In this document: positions 50,645-59,724 of the stretch, in pieces
How the letters are laid out: each line of letters starts with the position of its first letter
Position numbering within the stretch: the first letter of the stretch is position 1
Source of the DNA: Pseudomonadota bacterium
GTDB taxonomy: Bacteria; Pseudomonadota; Alphaproteobacteria; Micavibrionales; UBA2020
DNA length: 64,000 nt
Assembly (NCBI GenBank): GCA_021845905.1
Contig: JAJZVA010000005.1
Coordinates: 36,861 to 100,860 of the forward strand
Reading direction: 5' to 3'
Program-made: the position numbers and the translations under genes
Notes under the pieces: generated by a model
The model's database searches: none
What the model saw: only the letters and a program-made list of their open reading frames with translations
What the model was told of the DNA's origin: nothing

Positions 50645-51300
50645 CGCTCCCCAAGCCCCGCGCGGTGATTTTCGACTGGGACGATACCATCATCGACAGC
50701 TGGGGCCCGTCGTTGCAATCGCTCAACGTCACGCTCGCGGCCATGGGCGAAAAGCCATGGGATGACGCGGAAGCGCGCCGCCGCGCGGGACCTTCGGCGC
50801 GGGATTTGTTTCGCGAAATGTTCGGCGACCGCTGGCAGGAGGCGGATAAAATATTCTTCGACGCGCTGCGGTCTTTGTTCCGCGAACATCTTCCCGTATA
50901 TCCGGATGTCGAGCCGGTGCTGAAGACGCTCGCGGAAAACAATGTTTACATGGCCGTGGTGAGCAACAAGCGCGGGCCTCTGTTGCGCGAAGAAGCGAAG
51001 GATGCGGGGTTCAACCATTACTTCGGAAAAATCGTCGGCGCGGGAGACGCGGCGGCGGACAAGCCGGATCCCGCGCCCGTCCGCATGGCGCTCGAAGGGA
51101 GCGGCATTGCCCCGGGATCCGACGTCTGGTTCATCGGCGATAGCCACACCGACATGCTCTGCGCCGCCAATGCGGGGTGCTTAGGGCTGCTGATCGAGAC
51201 CAAGCCGCCGCCGGAGGAAACCTTGCGCGGACATGCCCCTCTACGGCGTTTCAGAAAACATTCTGATCTTATGGAATTTATTAACCATGTTTTTTCCTGA
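50641..51300 (+). CDS. HAD-superfamily hydrolase (phosphoglycolate phosphatase-like)
   Basis: AVIFDWDDTIIDS (motif I DxD), VVSNKRG (motif II), KPDPAP...FIGDSHTDM (motifs III/IV). ATGA overlap with the upstream gene. Confidence 0.8.
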   Translation: MTLPKPRAVIFDWDDTIIDSWGPSLQSLNVTLAAMGEKPWDDAEARRRAGPSARDLFREMFGDRWQEADKIFFDALRSLFREHLPVYPDVEPVLKTLAENNVYMAVVSNKRGPLLREEAKDAGFNHYFGKIVGAGDAAADKPDPAPVRMALEGSGIAPGSDVWFIGDSHTDMLCAANAGCLGLLIETKPPPEETLRGHAPLRRFRKHSDLMEFINHVFS

Positions 51301-51398
51301 ATAAACAAGAATTTTCCTTGTGCTTTGGGTGCTTTCTCCATTAAATACAGCCATATTTGTTGATTAAATCATTTTTTTGAAACGAGGATGCTGCGGGC

Positions 51399-51665
51399 AT
51401 GACTGAGAAAAGCCAGAACCTACAGGACAAATTTTTAAATAAAATCCGCAAGGAAAAAGTGTCGGTCACGGTATTTCTCGTGAACGGCGTGAAACTGCAG
51501 GGGATGATCACGTGGTTCGACAATTTCTCGATGTTGCTCCGCCGCGACTCCCACTCCCAGCTGATCTACAAGCACGCGATCTCCACGATCATGCCGGCTT
51601 CGGCCGTGCGGCTGTTCGACGATGAAGAAGACGACACCCCCGCGGATGCCGACAAGCAAGAATGA
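51399..51665 (+). CDS. hfq: RNA chaperone Hfq
   Basis: [60 protein letters not shown]: canonical Sm1/Sm2 motifs. Confidence 0.97.
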   Translation: MTEKSQNLQDKFLNKIRKEKVSVTVFLVNGVKLQGMITWFDNFSMLLRRDSHSQLIYKHAISTIMPASAVRLFDDEEDDTPADADKQE

Positions 51666-53026
51666 ATGAAAAAGTCATCGTCCTGCATCCGTCACTGACG
51701 ACGGCCCAAAACGGCGATGGCGCGACTGCCCGCAATTTTGAACGCGACGCCGACGCCGCGCTGGAAGAGGCGCAAGGCCTCGCGCGCGCGATCGACCTCG
51801 ACATCGTCCACGCCGAAATCGTGAAGCTGAAAACCGCGACGCCCGCGACGCTGCTCGGCTCCGGCGTCGTTCAGCGCGTCACCGACATGATCCACGCATA
51901 CCATGATAACGGCGAGACCGTCGGGCTGGTCTATGTCGATTGCGCGCTTTCTCCCGTGCAGCAGCGCAACCTCGAAAAAGAATGGCACGCGAAGGTCATC
52001 GACCGCACGGGGCTGATTTTGGAGATCTTCGGCGCGCGCGCCCGCACCAGAGAAGGGAAATTGCAGGTCGATCTGGCGGCGCTCAACTATCAGCGCTCGC
52101 GCCTCGTCAAGGCCTGGTCGCACCTCGAGCGCCAGCGCGGCGGCGGCGGCTTCACCGGCGGCCCCGGCGAAACGCAGAAAGAGCTCGACCGCCGCATGCT
52201 CGACGACCGCATCAAGAAGCTGAAGACCGAACTTGAAAAAGTGCGCCAGAACCGCGCCATCCAGCGCTCGGCGCGCAAGCGAGAGCCTTATCCGGTGGTC
52301 GCGATCGTCGGCTATACCAACGCGGGCAAATCGACGCTGTTCAACCGCATCACCGGCGCGGAAGTCTTCGCCAAGGATTTCCTCTTCGCCACGCTGGACA
52401 CCACCTTGCGCGCGCTCAAATTGCCGTCGGGCAAAAAGGCCGTGCTGTCGGATACGGTCGGGTTCATTTCCGATCTGCCGACGCACCTCGTCGCCGCTTT
52501 CCGCGCCACGCTGGAAGAAGTGCTGGAGGCCGACGTCATCCTTCACGTGCGCGACGTCTCCGCGCAAAACACCGAAGCCGAAAAAGAGGACGTGCTGGTC
52601 ATCCTGCGCGATCTCGGCATCGACGGGGAAAGCGACCCGCGCATGGTCGAGGTTTTGAACAAGATCGACAAGCTTCCGGCGCGCGAGCGCAAGGCGGCCG
52701 TCGCCCGCAGCGGACGGAGCGCGAATGCCGTCGCCATTTCCGCCGTGACCGGCGAGGGCATCGACGGTTTGCTGGAGACGATCGACGGCCTGCTCGGCAA
52801 AGACCGGCTGGCCATGCAGGCCGATATCAGCCTTGCGGACGGCAAGGCGCTCGCCTGGCTTTATGCGCGCGGGCAGGTGACGGAGAGAAAAGACGATGAC
52901 GAATGGGCGCGCGTCCGCGTGCTGCTGGATCCCGCGGACGTCGAGCGGTTCGGCGCGCAGTTCCCCTACAAGCTGACGAAAGCGAAGACGGCAACAAAAA
53001 AGAAAAAAGCGAAAAAAGCTTCATGA
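51662..53026 (+). CDS. hflX: GTPase HflX
   Basis: N-terminal HflX domain ([35 protein letters not shown]...[13 protein letters not shown]) and G-domain ([25 protein letters not shown]). ATGA overlap with hfq. Confidence 0.95.
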   Translation: MNEKVIVLHPSLTTAQNGDGATARNFERDADAALEEAQGLARAIDLDIVHAEIVKLKTATPATLLGSGVVQRVTDMIHAYHDNGETVGLVYVDCALSPVQQRNLEKEWHAKVIDRTGLILEIFGARARTREGKLQVDLAALNYQRSRLVKAWSHLERQRGGGGFTGGPGETQKELDRRMLDDRIKKLKTELEKVRQNRAIQRSARKREPYPVVAIVGYTNAGKSTLFNRITGAEVFAKDFLFATLDTTLRALKLPSGKKAVLSDTVGFISDLPTHLVAAFRATLEEVLEADVILHVRDVSAQNTEAEKEDVLVILRDLGIDGESDPRMVEVLNKIDKLPARERKAAVARSGRSANAVAISAVTGEGIDGLLETIDGLLGKDRLAMQADISLADGKALAWLYARGQVTERKDDDEWARVRVLLDPADVERFGAQFPYKLTKAKTATKKKKAKKAS

Positions 53027-53814
53027 TCGATATAGACGCGCAAAAAGTCGAAGAGATCATCCGCCATGTCGCGGCGGAAATCGTCATGCCGCGCTTCAAC
53101 AATCTTCTGCAATCCGAGATCCGCGAGAAAGGCCCGAATGATTTCGTCACCATCGCCGACGAGGAATCGGAAAGGGAATTCGGCCTGCGCCTGCCGGAGC
53201 TTCTGCCCGGCGCGCTGGTCGTGGGCGAGGAAGCGGTGGCGAAAGACAGATCCGTCGTCGAACGGATGAAAGGCGACAGGCCCGTCTGGGTCATCGATCC
53301 GGTGGACGGCACGTACAATTTCTCGCACGGCAGCGTGAAGTTCGGCATTCTCGTGTCGCTGGTGCAAGGCGGAAAAACGCTTTACGGCTGGGCCTTCGAC
53401 GCGCCGGGCAACCGCATGGCGGCGGCGGCGCTGGGCGCGGGCGCGTTTCTGGACGGACGCCGCGTGCAGATCTCCTGCGGCAAGACGGAAGCGGGCGCGC
53501 TTGACGGACGTTGCAGTCAAACGCGCGACGCGACGCCTTTTCGCGCCCTGATCAATCAGCGATGCTCGCTGCACGACTACATGGATTTCATCAGCGGCGC
53601 GGCGGACTTCATCGCCAACATGCAGATCGTGACGCCATGGGATCACGGCGCGGGAAATTTGATCGCATCCGAGGCGGGCGGTCATGTCGCCATGAATGAC
53701 GTTGATACGCCTTACGATCCGACGCTGCTCGGAAAGGCCTCGTTGCTGATCGCGCCCGACCGCGCGTGGTGGAAAAAGCTCTATCCGTTTCTATATTCCT
53801 CCGTTTTGAAATAA
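53023..53814 (+). CDS. Inositol monophosphatase-family protein
   Basis: [20 protein letters not shown]...FVTIADEESE...WVIDPVDGTYNF...WDHGAGNLI. ATGA overlap with hflX; the track start 52903 lies inside hflX. Confidence 0.85.
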   Translation: MIDIDAQKVEEIIRHVAAEIVMPRFNNLLQSEIREKGPNDFVTIADEESEREFGLRLPELLPGALVVGEEAVAKDRSVVERMKGDRPVWVIDPVDGTYNFSHGSVKFGILVSLVQGGKTLYGWAFDAPGNRMAAAALGAGAFLDGRRVQISCGKTEAGALDGRCSQTRDATPFRALINQRCSLHDYMDFISGAADFIANMQIVTPWDHGAGNLIASEAGGHVAMNDVDTPYDPTLLGKASLLIAPDRAWWKKLYPFLYSSVLK

Positions 53815-53976
53815 TACATTGCGGTAACGCCAGATTATTTTTCAGAGGCAAATTCCGGAACGGAATAATCGAAAATATATCGTCAAACTCCGTAAAATGC
53901 GGCTTGTTTTTTGCGGACGGGGCGTCTAAAAAACCGCTTCAACATTATTCATCAACAATATTCAGAGAGATCGAAA

Positions 53977-54273
53977 ATGGACATCGCAAAAATTTTCAAC
54001 AAGTATACGGGCAGGGAAATTCAGGTCGAGCAAAATTACGTCTTCCTGAAGTTCGGAAAAGAAAGCCACGCTTATGGCGATATCAAGGCCGTCAAGGACG
54101 ACCCGGTTTTAAAAAACATGGAACGCGAGGCGCGCTCGCTTGGCCTTGTTCTGCGCGTCTGGTTTTCCGAGAGCACACGCTCCTGCCATTACAGGAAGAA
54201 CCGCGTCAACGTGCACGTCACCATGAGCGAGGATGGAAAATACCGCATCAGCGACAAATTCATGATCGGCTGA
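53977..54273 (+). CDS. Small I78-like (peptidase-inhibitor I78 / potato-inhibitor-I-like) protein, paralogue A, no signal peptide
   Basis: MDIAKIFNKYTGREIQV...LVLRVWFSESTRSCHYRKNRVNVHVTMSEDGKYRISDKFMIG. The C-terminal pattern R(V/I)..P....T.(D/E)YR.(D/N)R(L/V)NV.V...G.(I/V) recalls Inhibitor_I78. The track start 53911 is a 22-codon extension lacking conservation with paralogue B. Confidence 0.55.
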   Translation: MDIAKIFNKYTGREIQVEQNYVFLKFGKESHAYGDIKAVKDDPVLKNMEREARSLGLVLRVWFSESTRSCHYRKNRVNVHVTMSEDGKYRISDKFMIG

Positions 54274-54322
54274 TCCGGTTGTTTGTATATCATCCAGGGG
54301 CAGGCCTCATTAATCTATGGAA

Positions 54323-54351
54323 TTGACTCGCCAGACCGACGCATGTATAAA
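54323..54351 (+). promoter_or_regulatory. Sigma70-type promoter candidate (TTGACT-17-TATAAA) for I78-like paralogue B
   Basis: TTGACT 54323-54328, 17-nt spacer, TATAAA 54346-54351. AAGGAG is 7 nt upstream of ATG 54391. Confidence 0.4.
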
Positions 54352-54390
54352 CTCTTCTGAAAATATTTATTTTTTACAAGGAGAATTAAG

Positions 54391-54693
54391 ATGAAAGAAG
54401 TCGATATCCTTAAAATATTTAATAAATATGCAGGAAAAGAAATCCATGTCGACGTGCGCGAGGAAAAATCCACGTATGAGGGAGAAGTTTATACGCGCGA
54501 GATCGTCGATCCGATCAGGAATGAACCGACCCTGACGGCGATGGAAAAGCTGGCGGACAGACACGGCCTGAAGCTGCGCGTCTGGTTTCCCGACACCATC
54601 AATACGATGGAATACAGGGCGGACCGCGTGAATGTCCGTGTCAGCAAGTCGCGGGATGGAAAATGGCGCGTCGGCGGCATTTCCATCGGTTGA
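54391..54693 (+). CDS. Small I78-like protein, paralogue B, no signal peptide
   Basis: MKEVDILKIFNKYAGKEIHV...LKLRVWFPDTINTMEYRADRVNVRVSKSRDGKWRVGGISIG. Colinear with paralogue A. Strong SD. Confidence 0.65.
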   Translation: MKEVDILKIFNKYAGKEIHVDVREEKSTYEGEVYTREIVDPIRNEPTLTAMEKLADRHGLKLRVWFPDTINTMEYRADRVNVRVSKSRDGKWRVGGISIG

Positions 54694-54719
54694 TTTTTAA
54701 AACGCGGGCATAGGCGTCT

Positions 54720-55949
54720 TCAGAACGCGGCGATGCCGGTCATCGCGCGGCCGAGGATGAGCGCATGGATGTCGTGCGTGCCCTCATAGGTATTGACGGC
54801 CTCGAGATTCATCACATGGCGGATGACGTGATATTCGTCGGAAACGCCGTTGCCGCCGAGCATGTCGCGCGCCTGCCGCGCGATCTCCAAAGATTTTCCG
54901 CAGTTGTTGCGCTTGAGAAGCGAGATGGCTTCCGGCGCGGCGCGGTCTTCGTCTTTGAGGCGGCCCAATCTCAAAACGCTTTGCAGGCCGATCGTGATCT
55001 CGGTTTGCATGTCGGCGAGTTTCTTTTGAATGAGCTGGTTGGCGGCCAGCGGCTTGCCGAACAGGATGCGCTCCATCGTATAGTTGCGCGCCTGATGCCA
55101 GCAGAATTCCGCCGCGCCCAGTGATCCCCACGCGATGCCGTATCTTGCGCTGTTGAGGCAGGAAAACGGGCCGGTGAGGCCTTTGACCGTGGGAAACTTG
55201 TTTTCTTCCGGCACGAACACGTCGTCCATGACGATCTCGCCGGTGATGGAGGCGCGGAGCGAAAACTTGCCCTCGATCTTCGGCGCGCTCAACCCTTTCA
55301 TTCCTTTTTCAAGCACGAAGCCGCGGATGTCGCCAACGTTGCCTTTTTCATCGACTTCCTTCGCCCACACCACGAACACATCCGCGATCGGCGAATTGGT
55401 GATCCACATCTTCGCGCCCTTGAGCATGTAGCCGCCGTCTGTTTTCACGGCGCGGGTTTTCATCCCGCCGGGGTCGGAGCCGCCGTCGGGTTCCGTGAGA
55501 CCGAAGCAACCGACCCATTCGCCGGTGGCGAGTTTGGGCAGATATTTTTGCTTTTGCTCTTCGGTGCCGAAGGCGGAAATCGGATACATGACCAGCGACG
55601 ATTGCACCGAGAGCGCCGAGCGGTAGCCGCTATCCACGCGCTCCACTTCGCGGGCGATCAGCCCGTAGGAAACATAGTTGACGCCCGCGCAGCCGTAGCC
55701 CTCGATCGTCGAGCCGAGCAAACCCAATGCGCCCATCTCGTTCATAATCTCGCGGTGGAATTTTTCATGACGGTTGGCCTCCGTCACGCGCGGGAGGAGC
55801 TTGTCCTCGGCATAAGACCGCGCGCTGCCCTGAATCATGCGCTCTTCATCGGTCAGCTGGTCGTCGAAGAGCAGCGGATCTTCCCATTTGAACGAAGGCT
55901 TGAGCTTTGATTTTTCCATGGTGACTTTCGCGGCGGCCTGTGCTGTCAT
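54720..55949 (-). CDS. gcdH: Glutaryl-CoA dehydrogenase
   Basis: [36 protein letters not shown]...[21 protein letters not shown]...[47 protein letters not shown] is 5 nt upstream of ATG 55949. Confidence 0.9.
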   Translation of the reverse strand: MTAQAAAKVTMEKSKLKPSFKWEDPLLFDDQLTDEERMIQGSARSYAEDKLLPRVTEANRHEKFHREIMNEMGALGLLGSTIEGYGCAGVNYVSYGLIAREVERVDSGYRSALSVQSSLVMYPISAFGTEEQKQKYLPKLATGEWVGCFGLTEPDGGSDPGGMKTRAVKTDGGYMLKGAKMWITNSPIADVFVVWAKEVDEKGNVGDIRGFVLEKGMKGLSAPKIEGKFSLRASITGEIVMDDVFVPEENKFPTVKGLTGPFSCLNSARYGIAWGSLGAAEFCWHQARNYTMERILFGKPLAANQLIQKKLADMQTEITIGLQSVLRLGRLKDEDRAAPEAISLLKRNNCGKSLEIARQARDMLGGNGVSDEYHVIRHVMNLEAVNTYEGTHDIHALILGRAMTGIAAF

Positions 55950-55964
55950 TGTTTTCTCCTATCG

Positions 55965-56189
55965 GTGAAAAGCATGGCAGAAAAAACAGGCATAAACAAG
56001 CTTGCGGGGCGCGAGATTATCTTTGAATTCAGGCCTGTCGGCAACATCATGCGCGTTTCGGCGATGGATGTGGCGACGATGACGGAGATTGCCGTTCAGG
56101 CGCCGCTCCGCGCGGGCGAGGCGGTTTTCAGGCAGATGGCGCTGGCGCGGCTGGAATTTGTCCTGCGCAAGGACGGTAAGATTACATAA
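55965..56189 (+). CDS. Small conserved hypothetical protein (about 70 aa)
   Basis: GREIIFEFRPVGNIMRVSAMDVATMTEIAVQAPLRAGEAVFRQMALARLEFVLRK resembles a small protein pattern I recall from other alphaproteobacteria (..E(F/Y)..(V/I)GN..(K/R)VSA(I/M)D..T..E(V/I)...P......L...A..KL.(Y/F)(V/L)L). Start is GTG 55965 or ATG 55974. Confidence 0.5.
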   Translation: MKSMAEKTGINKLAGREIIFEFRPVGNIMRVSAMDVATMTEIAVQAPLRAGEAVFRQMALARLEFVLRKDGKIT

Positions 56190-56191
56190 AG

Positions 56192-56884
56192 TTAAAATTT
56201 CGGAGAGCCGCCAGTGCCGCAGTTGTTTTTTGTTTTGCGGCGGGTTTGCGCTTTGGGCTGTTGCGCAGCGGGAAGGCCCAGCTCTTTTGCCACGGCGTAA
56301 TTCGGATTGATGCCGCGCGCATGGTTTTCCCAGACAAGCTGGCCGCTTTTCACGAGATCTTTTAACGGCGCTTGTGTGCCGTCTTCTCTTTCCAGCAGCT
56401 TCGACGCGCCGTGAAAATCTTCCTTGAAAGAGAAGATTTGCAACCCCGCGCGCATCATGTCCTCCGCGCTTTTGATCTGGAGAATTTCTTTTGCGGCGGC
56501 AAAGGGCACGGGCTTGGTTGAGACGCATTGGTTCTGAGCGTTCGGCAATTGTGTAAAGCCGGTGCCTGCGAAAGTATAAACCCTTGCGTCGCGTACGCGT
56601 TGCATGAAGGCATCACGGTTGCAGACCACAAGAATTTCGGCCTGTTCCGCGCCAATGGATTGATTGAACAGGGCTTCACCTTTTTCGTGGGTAAAGGCCA
56701 GCGCCTTGCCGAGCGTTGTCGCGGCGAAGACCAGAGGGGTATGCTCCTCCGGCGGCATGCCGAGCTTCTCGCGCACGGCGCCGGGGATGTGCGCGCCGTA
56801 ATTGATGCTGGTTCTGATGCTGTCGCCTTCCGGCGCCCACGGTATGGCGTGAAACAGCATTTTTTGCTTTAGAAAACGGCTCAT
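56192..56884 (-). CDS. Orphan hypothetical protein, 230 aa, basic Phe-terminal tail
   Basis: MSRFLKQKMLFHAIPWAPEGD...LVFAATTLGKALAFTHEKGEALF...; no motif recognised. The tail is ...PKAQTRRKTKNNCGTGGSPKF. It is the only long ORF here with sensible composition, and an A+T-rich upstream region follows. Confidence 0.55.
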   Translation of the reverse strand: MSRFLKQKMLFHAIPWAPEGDSIRTSINYGAHIPGAVREKLGMPPEEHTPLVFAATTLGKALAFTHEKGEALFNQSIGAEQAEILVVCNRDAFMQRVRDARVYTFAGTGFTQLPNAQNQCVSTKPVPFAAAKEILQIKSAEDMMRAGLQIFSFKEDFHGASKLLEREDGTQAPLKDLVKSGQLVWENHARGINPNYAVAKELGLPAAQQPKAQTRRKTKNNCGTGGSPKF

Positions 56885-56925
56885 CTCAGACCTTTCGAAA
56901 CTGCTTATATTTTAAGCGCCGGATA

Positions 56926-56940
56926 TTAAGTTTCCGTTAA
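56926..56940. promoter_or_regulatory. Second TTAA-N7-TTAA (CtrA-type) box, upstream of the orphan gene / rpiB divergent region
   Basis: TTAAGTTTCCGTTAA read directly. It lies 42 nt upstream of ATG 56884 (minus strand) and is adjacent to a minus-strand TTGACA (56949-56944). Confidence 0.3.
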
Positions 56941-57016
56941 TTATGTCAATAATAGGTATGATATCATTAGCCTACACCCACTATATCTGGTATAGAGAAG
57001 GCGGACTCATCACAAT

Positions 57017-57478
57017 ATGGGGTTTAAGCCCGTGTCTAACGTACAGAAAATCATCGCCATCGCCGCCGACCATGCCGGTTTCGAGCTGAAAAGCCGTCTG
57101 GTCGAATATCTGAAATCCGAAGGATACGAGGTTCTGGATCTTGGCACCCATTCGACGGAGCGCGTCGATTATCCGGACTATGGCCATGCAATTGCCGAAG
57201 CTATTGCGGCGGGCAAGGCGGGTTGCGGCATCGCCATTTGCGGCAGCGGCATCGGCATCAGCATCGCCGCCAACAGAAACCCGATGATCCGCGCGGCCCT
57301 GTGCCACGACGTCACCTCGGCGCGGCTCGCAAGGGCGCACAACGATGCCAACGTCCTGGCGATGGGTGCGCGGCTGACCGGCCCCGCCGTCGCGCTGGAG
57401 TGCATCGATGTTTTTTTAAAAACCCCGTTTGAAGGAGGACGCCATGCAGACCGCGTTAAAAAACTTGGCAACTGCTGA
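57017..57478 (+). CDS. rpiB: Ribose-5-phosphate isomerase B
   Basis: [33 protein letters not shown]...[18 protein letters not shown]...[12 protein letters not shown]...[10 protein letters not shown]. Confidence 0.9.
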   Translation: MGFKPVSNVQKIIAIAADHAGFELKSRLVEYLKSEGYEVLDLGTHSTERVDYPDYGHAIAEAIAAGKAGCGIAICGSGIGISIAANRNPMIRAALCHDVTSARLARAHNDANVLAMGARLTGPAVALECIDVFLKTPFEGGRHADRVKKLGNC

Positions 57479-58751
57479 CACATTTTTCACCGCCGATCTG
57501 GAGCAGGCCGATCCTGAAATCTTTTCAGCGATCAAAAAAGAGCTAGCCCGCCAGCAGGACCAGATCGAACTTATCGCCTCGGAGAACATCGTCTCCCGCG
57601 CGGTGCTTCAGGCGCAAGGCTCGGTGCTGACCAACAAATACGCAGAAGGCTATCCCGGCAAGCGCTATTACGGCGGTTGCGAATGCGTCGACATTTCCGA
57701 GCAGATCGCCATCGACCGCATTTGCAAGCTCTACGATGCGAAGTTCGCCAACGTCCAGCCGCATTCCGGCGCGCAGGCCAATCAGGCGGTGGTGCTGGCG
57801 CTGCTACAGCCGGGCGACACTATCCTGGGGCAGGCGCTGGCCGCGGGCGGACATCTGACGCACGGCGCGAAGCCCAACCTCTCCGGCAAATGGTTCAACG
57901 CCGTGCAATACGGCGTGCGCGAGGCGGACGGCCTGATAGACATGGACGAGGTTGAGAAACTGGCGCGGGAGCATAAACCGAAACTCATCATCGCCGGCGC
58001 GTCCGCCTATCCGCGCGCTATCGATTTCGCGCGCTTCCGCAAGATCGCGGACGAGGTGGGCGCATATTTCATGGTCGACATGGCGCATTATGCCGGTCTG
58101 GTCGCGGCGGGATTGTATCCCAGCCCTGTTGTCCACGCGCATGTCACGACTTCCACGACGCACAAGACATTGCGCGGCCCGCGCGGCGGCTTCATCCTCA
58201 CGAATGATGAAGATCTGGCCAAGAAAATCAATTCCGCCGTCTTTCCCGGACTGCAAGGCGGCCCGCTGGAGCATGTGATCGCGGCGAAAGCGGTCGCGTT
58301 CGGCGAGGCGTTGCAGCCGTCGTTCAAGGCCTATCAGCAGCGCGTGCTCGACAATGCCCGAGTGCTGGTCGCGACCTTGAAAAAAGGCGGCACGGACATC
58401 GTGTCCGGCGGCACGGACTGCCACCTTGTGCTGGTGGATTTGCGCCCGAAAAAGCTGACCGGCCGCGTGGTCGAAGTCAGTCTCGAGCATGCGCGGATGA
58501 CCTGCAACAAGAACGCCATTCCTTTCGATCCTGAAAAGCCGACGGTCACCTCCGGCGTGCGGCTTGGAAGCCCTGCGGCGACGACGCGCGGCTTCGGCGT
58601 TGCGGAGTTTGAAAGCGTCGGCGGCTATATTCTCGAAGTGCTCGACGGCCTCGCCAGAAACGGCGCGGAGAACAACGCGGCGGTCGAGCGGGATGTCGCC
58701 AAGCGCGTGCTGGACCTCTGCCGCAAATTCCCGATCTACGGACTGGAGTAG
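57444..58751 (+). CDS. glyA: Serine hydroxymethyltransferase
   Basis: [39 protein letters not shown]...[22 protein letters not shown] is 5 nt upstream of ATG 57444. Overlaps the rpiB 3' end by 35 nt. Confidence 0.95.
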   Translation: MQTALKNLATADTFFTADLEQADPEIFSAIKKELARQQDQIELIASENIVSRAVLQAQGSVLTNKYAEGYPGKRYYGGCECVDISEQIAIDRICKLYDAKFANVQPHSGAQANQAVVLALLQPGDTILGQALAAGGHLTHGAKPNLSGKWFNAVQYGVREADGLIDMDEVEKLAREHKPKLIIAGASAYPRAIDFARFRKIADEVGAYFMVDMAHYAGLVAAGLYPSPVVHAHVTTSTTHKTLRGPRGGFILTNDEDLAKKINSAVFPGLQGGPLEHVIAAKAVAFGEALQPSFKAYQQRVLDNARVLVATLKKGGTDIVSGGTDCHLVLVDLRPKKLTGRVVEVSLEHARMTCNKNAIPFDPEKPTVTSGVRLGSPAATTRGFGVAEFESVGGYILEVLDGLARNGAENNAAVERDVAKRVLDLCRKFPIYGLE

Positions 58752-58757
58752 AAAAAC

Positions 58758-59213
58758 ATGAGATGCCCTTTTTGCGGACATGAAGACACGCAGGTGAAGG
58801 ACTCCCGCCCGAGCGAGGACAGCTCCGCGATCCGCCGCCGCCGCGAATGCACGCACTGCGATGCGCGTTTCACCACCTTCGAGCGCGTGCAACTGCGCGA
58901 CCTGACGGTGATCAAGGTCGACGGACGGCGCGAGAACTTCGACCGCGAAAAACTGGTGCGCTCGCTGAAACTGGCGACCCGCCGCCGTCCCGTCGTGCCG
59001 GAAGTGATCGAGCGTACAGCGAGCGAGATCGTCCGCAGTCTTGAAGCTGTCGGCGACTCCGACGTCACGACAAAGGTCATCGGCGAATACGCGATGAAGG
59101 CGCTGGCCAAGATCGATCCGGTTTCCTACGTGCGTTACGCCTCGGTTTACAAAGACTTCCGCGAAGTCGATGATTACACCGACTTCCTCAAAAAGAATTA
59201 CAAGAAAGCTTGA
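58758..59213 (+). CDS. nrdR: Transcriptional repressor NrdR
   Basis: [44 protein letters not shown] (Zn ribbon) plus an ATP-cone. Confidence 0.95.
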   Translation: MRCPFCGHEDTQVKDSRPSEDSSAIRRRRECTHCDARFTTFERVQLRDLTVIKVDGRRENFDREKLVRSLKLATRRRPVVPEVIERTASEIVRSLEAVGDSDVTTKVIGEYAMKALAKIDPVSYVRYASVYKDFREVDDYTDFLKKNYKKA

Positions 59214-59214
59214 T

Positions 59215-59724
59215 ATGGCTCCCATAAAGAAAAATACCGGATTAGGCGCGCCGCCCGAAAAACGCGTCGTCAAAAGCAATGCCGGTTCCGCCAAGGCGCG
59301 GCGGACGGCGGCGCGGCTCGGCGCGGTGCAGGTGCTCTATCAGATGCGCCTCAACAATCAGGATGCGAAATCGGCCTTGCGCGAGTTTCTCGACACGCGC
59401 GTCGGCTTCGAGCTTGACGGCGACAAGTTCGTGCCCGCCGACGCGGAGCTGCTGGAAGAGATCGTCGGCGGCATCGCTGCGCGCTGGGCGGATGTCGACG
59501 TCATTCTTTCCAAGGCGCTGGCCGACGGCAAAAAAAACGACCCGGAAGCCCTGCTGGATTGCATCCTGCGCGCGGGCATCTATGAGCTGATGGCCAGCGG
59601 CGCGGTCGATACCGGCATCATCATCAACGATTATCTCAACGTGACGACGGGCTTTTACGACGGCAGCGAGCCGAAGATCGTCAACGCCATTCTCGACAAG
59701 GTCGCGAGAGCGGTCAGGGATTAA
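59215..59724 (+). CDS. nusB: Transcription antitermination factor NusB
   Basis: ARRTAARLGAVQVLYQMRLNNQD...LDCILRAGIYELM...VIINDYLNVTTGFYDGSEPKIVNAILDKVAR. ATG starts 1 nt after the nrdR stop; the track start 59170 lies inside nrdR. Confidence 0.9.
   Translation: MAPIKKNTGLGAPPEKRVVKSNAGSAKARRTAARLGAVQVLYQMRLNNQDAKSALREFLDTRVGFELDGDKFVPADAELLEEIVGGIAARWADVDVILSKALADGKKNDPEALLDCILRAGIYELMASGAVDTGIIINDYLNVTTGFYDGSEPKIVNAILDKVARAVRD

Noticed and set aside
57444-57478. 35-nt overlap between the rpiB 3' end and the glyA 5' end. Possible frameshift or fusion.
   Set aside because: Both proteins have normal termini: rpiB ends after [10 protein letters not shown], and glyA has a strong GAAGGAGG SD inside rpiB. 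This is ordinary translational coupling. The many ATGA/TGATG overlaps elsewhere (ntrB/C/Y, hfq/hflX/IMPase, lptF/G) are likewise normal operon compaction.
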